From positions 32,001 to 96,000 of the forward strand of contig CAVZSQ010000001.1 in assembly GCA_963777955.1 (NCBI GenBank): 64,000 nt of DNA, in the 5' to 3' direction. The notes under the pieces are model-generated. The model did no database searches. It saw only the letters and a program-made list of their open reading frames with translations, and had not been told where the DNA came from. Source of the DNA: Calditrichia bacterium. Lineage in GTDB: Bacteria > Calditrichota > Calditrichia > JAJRVZ01. The position numbers and the translations under genes are program-made. Shown here in pieces: positions 1 through 9,567 of the stretch; positions within the stretch are counted from its first letter, which is position 1, and every line of letters starts with the position of its first letter.

Positions 1-397
1 ATGAGATGGTCAGCCGATTGCCGCTTATTGAATAACTGCCGGTCATTATCTCATTTGACGAATTTATAGTAATGGACCCGGCCGAAGTGTAATAGGTTCC
101 GTTTATAGTAAAATTATAAGAATCCTGATAATAAACGGTCCGCATGGTTCCGTCGGAATTGAAAGTCCAAATCTCGTATTCTGCCTCGCTTATATTATTT
201 ATCCATCTGCCCAGAAGTTCGGGATCAAGAGTATTTTCTGCAGAAGGATCGGGCAGATATAGATCATTATTCTGTCCATAGCCCTCTTCACTGCCGCCGG
301 TTATACCCAGGGGATTATCGCCGCCCCATTGGGCACAGCCAGTGATTATAAGAATAAAGAGGGAGGATAATATAAAATTATAAATGAATCGCTTCAT
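1..397 (-). CDS. Lipoprotein paralog 5 of the tandem array (lipocalin-like body); 3' end runs off the window
   Basis: Not in the ORF track. Manual translation from ATG 397: MKRFIYNFILSSLFILIITGCAQWGGDNPLGITGGSEEGYGQNNDLYLPDPSAENTLDPELLGRW...; GAGGAG RBS upstream; open to position 1. Confidence 0.9.
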   Translation of the reverse strand, partial: MKRFIYNFILSSLFILIITGCAQWGGDNPLGITGGSEEGYGQNNDLYLPDPSAENTLDPELLGRWINNISEAEYEIWTFNSDGTMRTVYYQDSYNFTINGTYYTSAGSITINSSNEIMTGSYSISGNRLTIS

Positions 398-465
398 TTT
401 ATATCTCCTCTGTTTAATATAAGACGACAAGTTCAAAAAGGTGTTCGTCGGGAACATTGGCTATT

Positions 466-927
466 TCAGTTTTGGTACCAGACTATTTGCGGATTTATTC
501 GAAGTAAAAGCAGTTCTTGCTCACCATCATTAAGTGTCAGATAATCACCGTTTATCGAATAAATATAAATTATCCTTTCGCCATCACTGTTGAGCGTGAG
601 AATATTGCTGGAGACATTATAGGTCCCTTCAGTTTCTTGTGGACTGACCCCAGAGTGAGTCACCATGGTAAACGTACCATTGGCATTAAAAGCAATAGTG
701 CGAATAGTTTGAACCCACCGACCTGCTGAAGTCCACAAACCTACCAACTCAAAATCGATGGTATTCCCGCCCGCGGGGTCCGGTAAATTTAAATCTTCAT
801 TTTGTCCGTATCCCTCCCCGCTGCCGCCGGTTATACCCAGCGGATTATCCCCGCCCCATTGGGCACAACCACTTATTATAATAGTAAATAGCAGAGATAA
901 TAAAGGAGCAAAACTTAATCGTTTCAT
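466..927 (-). CDS. Lipoprotein paralog 4 (lipocalin-like beta domain)
   Basis: Signal II ISGC, conserved CAQWGGDNPLGITGGS motif, LVGxW / FNANGTF / GTYxVS lipocalin-like signatures. Confidence 0.9.
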   Translation of the reverse strand: MKRLSFAPLLSLLFTIIISGCAQWGGDNPLGITGGSGEGYGQNEDLNLPDPAGGNTIDFELVGLWTSAGRWVQTIRTIAFNANGTFTMVTHSGVSPQETEGTYNVSSNILTLNSDGERIIYIYSINGDYLTLNDGEQELLLLRINPQIVWYQN

Positions 928-1096
928 TTCCTGATCTCCTGTGCTTTAAAAAATCATTCCACAATAAAGGTTGCTGGAGACAACTTTTATTGCGGATTAA
1001 CTTTAATTTCTGTAACGACTAAGAAAAAATCTCAGTTATGATTTAAACTCTTTATCCGCAGTAGCAAATATGCGTCGTATCAGGATGAATTTTAAC

Positions 1097-1531
1097 CTAG
1101 CGAATCTGACCCCGATGTAGAACCAGTATATAATCTCCCTGGGTAAGCGTCAGTTGATTACCATTAATCTCATAGGTCATAATTGACGAGCCATCGTTAG
1201 AACTTAGTGTCAGGATATTTCCGGAAACGCTCCAGGTTCCTTCATAACTGTCATCTAAACTATCATAGAAGTATTCTTCAATCTGATAGGTTCCATCCGC
1301 ATTAAAAGTGTAGACAAGAGAATAGGGATAATCATACATACTCCACACACCCACCAGATCGGGATCGATCTGGTCGGAACCGTCGGGTAAATTCAAATCG
1401 TTATTTTTTCCATAGCCATTATTACTGCCGCCGGTTATTCCCAGGGGATTATCGCCGCCCCACTGGGCACAACCACCTATCATTATGATTGAAAGGAAGA
1501 ATAGAAAAAGAGTAAATATAATTAGTTTCAT
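1097..1531 (-). CDS. Lipoprotein paralog 3 (lipocalin-like beta domain)
   Basis: Start reassigned to MKLIIF at 1531 (GGAGGAG RBS upstream); lipobox IGGC followed by the conserved motif. Confidence 0.9.
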   Translation of the reverse strand: MKLIIFTLFLFFLSIIMIGGCAQWGGDNPLGITGGSNNGYGKNNDLNLPDGSDQIDPDLVGVWSMYDYPYSLVYTFNADGTYQIEEYFYDSLDDSYEGTWSVSGNILTLSSNDGSSIMTYEINGNQLTLTQGDYILVLHRGQIR

Positions 1532-1563
1532 TTCGGGGACTCCTCCGTCTGTTAAGAAAGATA

Positions 1564-1606
1564 ATATCAAACCTAAGATTGGCGCTGACAACCTTAGGTT
1601 TGATAT
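1564..1606. terminator. Intergenic hairpin (14-bp perfect arms), terminator or mRNA-stability stem
   Basis: ATATCAAACCTAAG ... CTTAGGTTTGATAT. Confidence 0.55.
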
Positions 1607-1619
1607 ACTTGCAGATCGA

Positions 1620-2072
1620 TTATTCTATAATGATATCGGCTCGGGTCAGTATCAGTTCAACATCACCATCATCAAGCGTCAGGTGATTGTTATTTACCGA
1701 ATAAGTATAAACGAGAGTTTCACCACCATAAATGTTAAAAGTAAGGGTATTCCCGGAGACACTATATGTTCCTTCCATCACCTGGGTGAATTTCGTGGAG
1801 TGTATCACTATTGTAAAAGTACCGCTGGCATTAAAAGCAAAAGTATAGGTGGTCTGTACCCATTGGCCGGCAGTAACCCACATCCCAATCAGTTCCGGAT
1901 CGATGATATTCCCATCGGCAGGTTGTGGTAAATTTAGATCGCCATTTTGTCCGTAACCCTCCTCACTCCCTCCGGTTATGCCCAGAGGATTGTCACCGCC
2001 CCACTGCGCACAACCAATCAGCAAAAATACAAATATGGCAGGTATCATCAAATAATTTATGAATTGTTTCAT
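1620..2072 (-). CDS. Lipoprotein paralog 2 (lipocalin-like beta domain)
   Basis: Lipobox LIGC plus conserved motif; closest in sequence to 466..927. Confidence 0.9.
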   Translation of the reverse strand: MKQFINYLMIPAIFVFLLIGCAQWGGDNPLGITGGSEEGYGQNGDLNLPQPADGNIIDPELIGMWVTAGQWVQTTYTFAFNASGTFTIVIHSTKFTQVMEGTYSVSGNTLTFNIYGGETLVYTYSVNNNHLTLDDGDVELILTRADIIIE

Positions 2073-2143
2073 TTTTCGATCTCCTTGATCTAATTCGCAT
2101 CAAAATCTGAATAAATGAATTCAGATAAAATATAATTACGATC

Positions 2144-2579
2144 CTATGTTACTCTTTTGGCACGGTATAGCACTATTTGTTTATTGCCATAGGACAGGAT
2201 AAGTCTGATTACCGTCTACCAGATAGGTATATACCTCCGAATTACCGCCGGAACTAATAGTAAGGGTGTCACCGGAAACGCTCCAGAGTCCTGAGATGGT
2301 TCTGTCTAACTGGTTTTCGAGATAATGCTCCATCGTAAAAGTTCCATCGGCATAAAATGTAAATACCGTTGTTGAATTGTCTCCATAGGACGCCCAGCTA
2401 GCCACAAGTTCTGGATCAATTTCACCGAAATTCTCCGGTAAATTCAGATCGTTATTTTGTCCGTACCCTTCTTTGCTGCCACCGGTTATACCCAGGGGAT
2501 TATCACCACCCCATTGGGCACAACTGCAAAGTAGCACGGCTAACAGGAATACGATCAAAAGAGGCATGTGTCGCTTCAT
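2144..2579 (-). CDS. Lipoprotein paralog 1 (lipocalin-like); +1 frameshift near 2204
   Basis: LCSC lipobox plus motif. Removing one base restores the paralog-like C-terminus GNQLILSYGNKQIVLYRAKRVT*. Confidence 0.85.
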
Positions 2580-2599
2580 AATATTAGTTCCTCTTTTTA

Positions 2600-3784
2600 C
2601 TAAAAATTATATGTGATGGAAAGCCGGTTGGCGATCGGCTCGGCCGAGCCGCTGATAAAATACGGCCCGTCGAAGAGCAGGCCTTCATTAAAAGCAGCGT
2701 CGAGTACGAAATTCCCAAAGTTAATGCCCAGGCCGAAAGTCATCTTGAATTCCGTGCTGTATGACTTCGATTCGGTTTCACTGCCCCCTTCGGGTTTAAA
2801 TGTCTCAGTCACACTCTGGAAAACCTGGGCGGCACCCAGCCGGCCGGTCAGCCATTTGCTGATCTTCGATTCAAGGCCCAGAAACACACCGGGTAAGGTC
2901 ATAGTCGTAATAGTGCCTTCATAATCATCTTTTACCTCTTCACCATCTTTTGAATATCCTACTACCTCTAAACCGAGTACCAGCAGGTTATCGTCATTCA
3001 ACTGATAATTCACTCCGATACCGCCCGCAAGGTTTAAGCGGTTGTAATCGGTGGTATAAGTAGTATCGAGGCCGAAACCGGGAGTTATTTCTCTGCTGGC
3101 CGTACCATAATAACCGACTACCAGCGGTACCAGTTGAAATTTATCCCTTTTTGCCATCCACATCCGCCCGTTAAAACCGACGGCCATTCCGTCCCAGGTC
3201 GACTTTAAATCTTCTTCCGCACCAGAGGCTGGAAATTCAGTATCGGCAGCAGGCAATTCAACCCGCAGACCCAGATCCATTTTTTCGTTGCTTATTCCCA
3301 CCCCTATAGCTATATAGCGGGCTGATTCTTTATATTCCACCGTATCGGTTCCGTTATCCATATCCGCTGAATAGCTGTCCATGCCAATTCTTAAATTTAC
3401 ACCTAAATCAAAGCCGGATAACTTGGTACCGAAAAATAAATCTGTCGCCCGGTCCAGGCTTACCTCATCCACCACACCTGCCGGGATGTCCAGATCGAGC
3501 GGGCTGTTCAGATAAGCACCCAGGACCATATTGGCAACCGGCATGTGTACGCCAATGGAGTAATAGGAGTTGTCATTCTTCACGCGCAATTCCCCGACAA
3601 CCTGGTTGGAGTACTGGTAGAAGGTACCAGGAAAAACAAAAATGTTCGAGTTATCACGCATGTAAAAACCAACCCCGCCCATGGATCCTACCCTGGTTTC
3701 GGTGGCTAATACAGCTGGTTGATACAGCAAGAAAGAGGTCAATAAGAACACGATAACTAAAGATAAAGTTCTTAAATTCTTCAT
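2600..3784 (-). CDS. Outer-membrane beta-barrel protein (porin-like), first gene of the lipoprotein operon
   Basis: Signal peptide, alternating amphipathic Gly/aromatic strands, C-terminal BAM signal ITYNF; 20 nt upstream of the first lipoprotein gene. Confidence 0.75.
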   Translation of the reverse strand: MKNLRTLSLVIVFLLTSFLLYQPAVLATETRVGSMGGVGFYMRDNSNIFVFPGTFYQYSNQVVGELRVKNDNSYYSIGVHMPVANMVLGAYLNSPLDLDIPAGVVDEVSLDRATDLFFGTKLSGFDLGVNLRIGMDSYSADMDNGTDTVEYKESARYIAIGVGISNEKMDLGLRVELPAADTEFPASGAEEDLKSTWDGMAVGFNGRMWMAKRDKFQLVPLVVGYYGTASREITPGFGLDTTYTTDYNRLNLAGGIGVNYQLNDDNLLVLGLEVVGYSKDGEEVKDDYEGTITTMTLPGVFLGLESKISKWLTGRLGAAQVFQSVTETFKPEGGSETESKSYSTEFKMTFGLGINFGNFVLDAAFNEGLLFDGPYFISGSAEPIANRLSITYNF

Positions 3785-3884
3785 AAAAGATCCTCCTGAT
3801 TATTATAAAGTACTTTTAAGTGATTTCCAAGCGCCCAGAAAATGATTATTTAAGTCTAAATAAAGTTAATAATATTTTTTAAGA

Positions 3885-3890
3885 TGTCAA
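3885..3890 (-). promoter_or_regulatory. Candidate sigma70 -35 (TTGACA) for the barrel/lipoprotein operon
   Basis: Perfect TTGACA ~100 nt upstream of the ATG, followed by an AT-rich -10 region. Confidence 0.4.
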
Positions 3891-3940
3891 GAGTATTTAT
3901 TGAATTGTTTTGATCCAGACTGTTTCGGGGTATTGGTTAT

Positions 3941-3978
3941 AAAAGAAAAACCTACCCAGGGCATGATCTGAGTAGGTT
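3941..3978 (-). terminator. Rho-independent terminator downstream of kup
   Basis: Minus strand AACCTACTCAG-loop-CTGGGTAGGTT followed by a T-rich tail. Confidence 0.65.
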
Positions 3979-4083
3979 CTCCAGACGTTAGGCTACACAA
4001 GGCGTGTAGACTTAGGTAGGTGTTGTATATAACCATGAATTTATTATTTCTATTCCAAAAATCAAAATAAAATTTTAAAAAAA

Positions 4084-5968
4084 TTAAACTTCTACAAATT
4101 GCCCTAATTCCACCACGCTGTTTGCCGGGATCTGATAATAGAGATTAGCCTGGTAGGCATTACGTGACATCATAATGAAAAGAATTTTACGCCAGCGGGC
4201 CATGCCCCGCTTGGCCGTAGCCAGCAACGTTTCCCGGCCGAAGAAAAAGGTGGTCAGCATCGGCTTATATTTAAAGTGCTCATCATCGATCCCGGACAGC
4301 AAACGCGGTATGTCAGGATCCTCCATAAAACCATAATAGGCTATAATTCGAATTACTCCTTCGCCCAGAAATTCAAGCTGAACCCGTGATTCATTGCTGA
4401 TACGGGGTACCTCAGTCGTAATCACGGTCAGGAAAACAATTGAGCTGTGCAGTACTTTGTTGTGCTTCAGATTATGCAGTAGTGTCCGCGGTACCCCTTC
4501 GGGATTGGTGGTCATATAGATGGCCATGCCGGGGACACGGGTAGGGGGATGATTCTGAATATCATGTACGAGGTCGTCGACCGAGAGGGCTTCTTCTTTA
4601 AAACGCTGGGCCAGCAGGGATCTCCCTTTTCTCCAGGCGGTCATCAGCATAAATACTATCAAGGCAATCAGCAGGGGAAACCAGCCGCCATGCCAGATTT
4701 TGAAAATATTGGAAGCGAAAAAGGCTAATTCAATACCTAAAAACAGGGTAAAAATGAATCCCACGATTCCCATATTTATTTTCCAGAATCTGCGCAAGGA
4801 TGAAAAAGCCAGCAGGGTGGTTATAACCATGGTCGTGGATACGGCCACTCCATAGGCTGCCGCCAGATTATTCGAAGAACGGAAGCCGATGACCAGTCCG
4901 ATAGTGGCAATCATCAAAATCCGGTTGATTTGCGGAATATAAATTTGTCCGATAATCTGTTCTGATGAATGCCGGACTTCCATGCGCGGACTGTAGCCGA
5001 GTTGCAGGGCCTGCCGGGTTAATGAAAAAGCGCCGGTAATGATGGCCTGTGAAGCGATAATCGTAGCCAGGGTAGCCAGTATGACCAGCGGATAAAGCGC
5101 CCAATCCGGAGCCAGAAAATAAAATGGATGTTCAATCGCTGCAGGAGTTTCTATGATCAAAGCCCCCTGTCCCAGATAATTGATCAGCAGGGCCGGAAAT
5201 ACGAAACTGAACCAGGTAAAACGGATCGGGTATTTCCCGAAATGACCGATATCAGCATAGAGCGCCTCCGCGCCGGTAACACACAGGAATACACCGCCTA
5301 AAACCAGGAAAGCAGTCATGCCCTGCGAAGTCAGAAAATTTATGGCATACCATGGATTGAAAGCATATAATACCTGGGGGTAATGCAGGATCCCCCGGAT
5401 CCCCAGTAAAATAAGACTTATAAACCATACGACCATCACCGGTCCAAAAACTTCCCCGACTTTGGTAGTTCCGTGTTTCTGGAAATAAGAATAACAGGAT
5501 CAGTACCAGGATGGTGATCGGCAGGATAAAGGGTTCAAAGAAGGAAGTCGCCACATTCAAACCCTCAACGGCACTGAGCACCGAAATAGCCGGGGTGATC
5601 ATACCGTCTCCATATAATAAGGCAGCACCAAAAATGCCGATAACCAGCAACAAGCCCTGAGTATGTTTTTTTCTTTTTTTGTAAAAAGCTACCAGCGTGG
5701 TTAACGCCAGTACTCCGCCTTCACCCTTATTGTCAACCTTCAGAATAAAGATCAGATATTTGATGGATACGATGATGATCAGGGTCCAGATGATCATGGA
5801 CAGGATACCGAGGACATTTTCCGGAGTGCGGCCGATGGTATGAGTTCCGTGAAAACAGACCCGCAGAACATACAGCGGGCTGGTACCAATATCACCGAAC
5901 ACCACGCCCAGCGCAGCGAGGGCCAGAAGTTTTAAGGAAGATCCATTTACTGTTGATTTATCTGTCAT
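4084..5968 (-). CDS. kup: KUP/HAK/KT potassium transporter (frameshift ~5483, likely sequencing error)
   Basis: ALGVVFGDIGTSPLY, GEGG, YGDGMITPAISVLSAVEG, TGAEALYADIGHFG motifs split over two ORFs. Confidence 0.93.
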
Positions 5969-6090
5969 TACTATTTCCACTTAATAGCTGGAACTATATA
6001 TATTAAGTTATTAAAATAACTGATTATCTTACAAGAAGTAAATAATAATTAATCAAGGAATTTTCCAGGATAAGTTTCGTTTAAAATAAT

Positions 6091-6504
6091 ATGAAAATTA
6101 TTAAGAAAATCGGGATTTCACTGCTGGTTATCCAGGTTTGCAGTTTTTATATGCTGGAGACTAATTTCATTTGTAAAAAAATGGAATGTTGCGGGCAGTC
6201 CAAATCAAAGCCGGCTCAATCATGCCGTTGCGCATCCACAGCAGATCAGCCGGTTTTAAAGAATATTAAATTTTGTGCATGTCCAGCCAATCTTAATGAT
6301 CAAAATCCACGGTCTGCTTCACTCATCGCGGAATCAGAATCCAAAACAACCGTTCAAAATATAAAGGCAATAATAAATCCTACCGGGCAATTCCAATTTA
6401 TAGATCTGTCCAGGTCCGCAACCAGCGGGCAGGCAGCGGTGCTCTTAATAAATCAATTTACTGCTGTAGATACCTATCTGCTTAACTGTAATTTTTTAAT
6501 TTAG
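6091..6504 (+). CDS. Cys-rich exported hypothetical protein leading the cus operon
   Basis: N-terminal hydrophobic segment, CKKMECC, CRC, CAC and C-terminal YLLNCNFLI. Confidence 0.65.
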   Translation: MKIIKKIGISLLVIQVCSFYMLETNFICKKMECCGQSKSKPAQSCRCASTADQPVLKNIKFCACPANLNDQNPRSASLIAESESKTTVQNIKAIINPTGQFQFIDLSRSATSGQAAVLLINQFTAVDTYLLNCNFLI

Positions 6505-6656
6505 ATACTTTCTAAATATTACTTAATCAATTATCGTACTACCGGCTGCTGGTGCGATCCCGGGCTGTAACACTGTTGAGTCCGCAGATCAAGCCATTTC
6601 AAGCGCGTTGGTGGTATATCTATTCGACACGATTTATAACGAAGGAGTCAGGATCG

Positions 6657-7940
6657 ATGATAACTTCATCAAAAATTCTGCAAATAATTTTAGTATTCAT
6701 CATGTCCGGGGGATTAATGGCACAGCCCAGGGCTTCGGCCGGTTTAGATGAACTGGTTACCGAACTTTTAGCCCATAACCCGCAATTACAGGCCGCGCGT
6801 CAAAAAACCGCCGCAGCAAAAACCGTGGTCCGGCAGGTCTCGGCCTGGGAAGCGCCACAGGTCGGGATTGAGTTTTACCAGACTCCCATTCAGTCTTTTC
6901 CTGATCCGCTTAAGCATAGTATGGAAACCGACTATTTTATCCAACAGATGTTTCCCTTCCCCGGAAAACTATCAGCGATGGAGCAGGCAGCTCAACAAAA
7001 TGCCGGGATGATAGATCAGGAATACCGCGCCCTGGAACGGAAGATGATCCGGCAGTTAAAGAATTCTTTTTATGAATTGTACCTGGTACAGCAAAAGATA
7101 AGTATCAATGCCGAAAACCAGGAATTGATGAAGCAATTTATTCAGATCGCGCTGAAACAATATGAGGGGGGGATGGGTAATCAATCCGATATCCTGCGTG
7201 CCCAGACTGAATATTCTGTACTGCTCAATGAACAGATCGACCTGGATCAGCAGCAGCGGATCATGAGCGCAATGCTGAATACGCTGATCAATCATCCTGT
7301 CGATGAATCCCGCGGTACAATAGCTGAGATCAAAACTGATTCACTGCCCTGGACGCTGGAGCAATTGCAAATCCTGGCTTTGCGAAATCGTCCGGAGTTG
7401 CAGGGGATGAATAACAATATTGCCATGAATGAAGCTGAATTGACCGCCTCAAAACGGGAGTATTTTCCGGATTTGATGGCTAAAGTTATGTACAAAAATA
7501 TGTCCGATACCAAAGATGATTTCTGGTCGGTAATGCTGGGTATGAATTTTCCCCTCACCTTCTGGTCAGGCAGCCGCTATACAGCAAAAGTTGAAGAGAA
7601 TAAACTGAAAGTGATACAAGCCGAAAATGAGTTTACCGGTATGAAAAATATGGTAGTGAACGAAATCTACAGTGCGCTGGTCCGGATGCAAGCCAGTTAC
7701 AATTCCATGAAACTTTACCAAAGCACCAGTATTCCGCAGGCAGAACAGACCCTGCAATCGATGCTGACAGGATATCAGAACGGAAAAACGGAATTTCTGA
7801 TGGTCATCGATTCCTACCGGATGATGTTGATGGCCAGGCTGGACTATCAGATGTCTTTAATGAACTACCTGACCGGTCAGGCTCAACTGGAAGAGGCGAT
7901 CGGTATGGATATCACCGACATTGCCAACCAGATTAATTGA
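6657..7940 (+). CDS. cusC: TolC-family outer-membrane efflux protein (CusC/CzcC-like)
   Basis: OEP repeats, QMFPFPGKL motif; start at ATG 6657 after AAGGAG. Confidence 0.85.
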   Translation: MITSSKILQIILVFIMSGGLMAQPRASAGLDELVTELLAHNPQLQAARQKTAAAKTVVRQVSAWEAPQVGIEFYQTPIQSFPDPLKHSMETDYFIQQMFPFPGKLSAMEQAAQQNAGMIDQEYRALERKMIRQLKNSFYELYLVQQKISINAENQELMKQFIQIALKQYEGGMGNQSDILRAQTEYSVLLNEQIDLDQQQRIMSAMLNTLINHPVDESRGTIAEIKTDSLPWTLEQLQILALRNRPELQGMNNNIAMNEAELTASKREYFPDLMAKVMYKNMSDTKDDFWSVMLGMNFPLTFWSGSRYTAKVEENKLKVIQAENEFTGMKNMVVNEIYSALVRMQASYNSMKLYQSTSIPQAEQTLQSMLTGYQNGKTEFLMVIDSYRMMLMARLDYQMSLMNYLTGQAQLEEAIGMDITDIANQIN

Positions 7941-7963
7941 TATCGTGATAAGGAGAAGCATAC

Positions 7964-9550
7964 ATGAAGAAGATTATTATAACTGCCATTGTTTGTATTT
8001 TGATTGGATTGGCCGGCGGATGGTTTTTCTTTCATACCTCTGCAACAACAACGCAGGAAACTGCTGCTGAAAGAAAAATACTCTATTACCGGGATCCAAT
8101 GAATCCACTGATCACCTCGCCAGTACCTAAGAAATCATCAGATGGGATGGATTTTACAGCGGTTTATACAGAGGAATCGGCTGGTGCAAAGAGTAAAAAA
8201 GTTGCCTATTATCAGGATCCCATGCACCCCTGGTATACATCCGACAAACCGGGTAAAGCACCCGATTGCGGTATGGATCTGGTGCCGGTTTATGAAGGGG
8301 ATAGCGAGGTCAAAGGAATTAAAATTGATCCGGCCATCGTACAGAATATGGGTACAAAAACGGAGATCATCAGCAACCAGAAATTGAGTAAAACAATCAG
8401 GACGACCGGTAAAATCGATTATGATGAGACAAAAGTTTATGCGGTGAATGCTAAATTTATGGGTTGGGTTGAAAAACTTCATATCGATTACAGCGGCCAG
8501 AACGTACACAAAGGCGAGCCTTTAATGGACATCTACAGTCCGGAACTGGTAACCACTCAGCAGGAATATCTTCAGGCGATCCGTTACCAGGCACAGTTAG
8601 CCGGCAGTGCAAGAGCAGAGGTTAAAAAAGGTGCCGACGATTTGGTACAGAGTGCCAGGCGGCGATTGCTTTTCTGGGATATACCTGAAAGTGAAATAGT
8701 CGCCCTGGAACAGCAAGGTATTCCCAAAAAAACAATGACCATCAATTCTCCGGTAAACGGTGTAGTGATCGAAAAGATGGTTCTGCCGGGGCAGAATATT
8801 ATGCCGGGAATGACCCTGTACAAAATTGCCGATCTTTCAACGCTGTGGATCCTGGCTGATATATATGAATATGAATTACCCTGGGTAAAGGTTAATCAGA
8901 AAGCAGAAATTGAACTTTCATATCTTCCCGGTAAAACTTTTAATGGAACGGTAACTTATATCTATCCGTATCTGAGCGCTGAGACCAGGACTGCCAGGGT
9001 GCGTATCCAGATCGGTAACACAGCTGGTCTTGAACTTAAACCGGAAATGTTTGTGACGGTCAAACTGATTTCTCCGCTCAGCGTCGATGCGGTGACAGTA
9101 CCGGAACAGGCTGTTATCCGTTCCGGCGAAAGAAATATCATCGTGATCTCATTGGGTAACGGTTATTTCGAGCCGCGTGAAGTAAAACTGGGGCTGACCG
9201 CTGATGGTTATACTCAAATTCTTGCCGGTGCCCATGCTGGTGAAGTGGTGGTCACTTCATCGCAATTCCTGATTGATTCGGAGAGTAATCTTAAAGCGGC
9301 AATTTCTTCAATGCGTGGACATGAAAACATGGCAAGGCCGCAAGCGGTCATGGAACCAACAGACAGTACTAAAGAAAAGAATTCTGCCGGCATGGAACCG
9401 GTTGGTAAGAACCAGAAGCAGATAATATATACCTGTGTCATGCATCCGCAGATCAGAACTAATGAACCCGGCGATTGCCCGTTGTGCGGGATGAAACTCG
9501 TGCCAGTAGAAACCGATTCAGGTTCCACTGGAACGAAACATGTTCATTAA
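7964..9550 (+). CDS. cusB: CusB-like RND periplasmic adaptor with heavy-metal-binding domains
   Basis: YxDPMHP...CGMDLVP and YTCVMHP...CPLCGMKLVP domains, YSPEL, QFLIDSES. Confidence 0.9.
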   Translation: MKKIIITAIVCILIGLAGGWFFFHTSATTTQETAAERKILYYRDPMNPLITSPVPKKSSDGMDFTAVYTEESAGAKSKKVAYYQDPMHPWYTSDKPGKAPDCGMDLVPVYEGDSEVKGIKIDPAIVQNMGTKTEIISNQKLSKTIRTTGKIDYDETKVYAVNAKFMGWVEKLHIDYSGQNVHKGEPLMDIYSPELVTTQQEYLQAIRYQAQLAGSARAEVKKGADDLVQSARRRLLFWDIPESEIVALEQQGIPKKTMTINSPVNGVVIEKMVLPGQNIMPGMTLYKIADLSTLWILADIYEYELPWVKVNQKAEIELSYLPGKTFNGTVTYIYPYLSAETRTARVRIQIGNTAGLELKPEMFVTVKLISPLSVDAVTVPEQAVIRSGERNIIVISLGNGYFEPREVKLGLTADGYTQILAGAHAGEVVVTSSQFLIDSESNLKAAISSMRGHENMARPQAVMEPTDSTKEKNSAGMEPVGKNQKQIIYTCVMHPQIRTNEPGDCPLCGMKLVPVETDSGSTGTKHVH

Positions 9551-9567
9551 CGAGCGGGAGCACGATC

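Noticed and set aside
1..2579. Recurrent ~50-bp conserved DNA block as a CRISPR array or DGR/shufflon cassette
   Set aside because: The repeats are in-frame coding motifs with synonymous variation and ~500-600 bp spacing; no cas, reverse transcriptase or recombinase gene is in the window.
5969..6090. c-di-AMP riboswitch upstream of kup
   Set aside because: The spacer is short and AT-rich with no recognisable ydaO-type structure.
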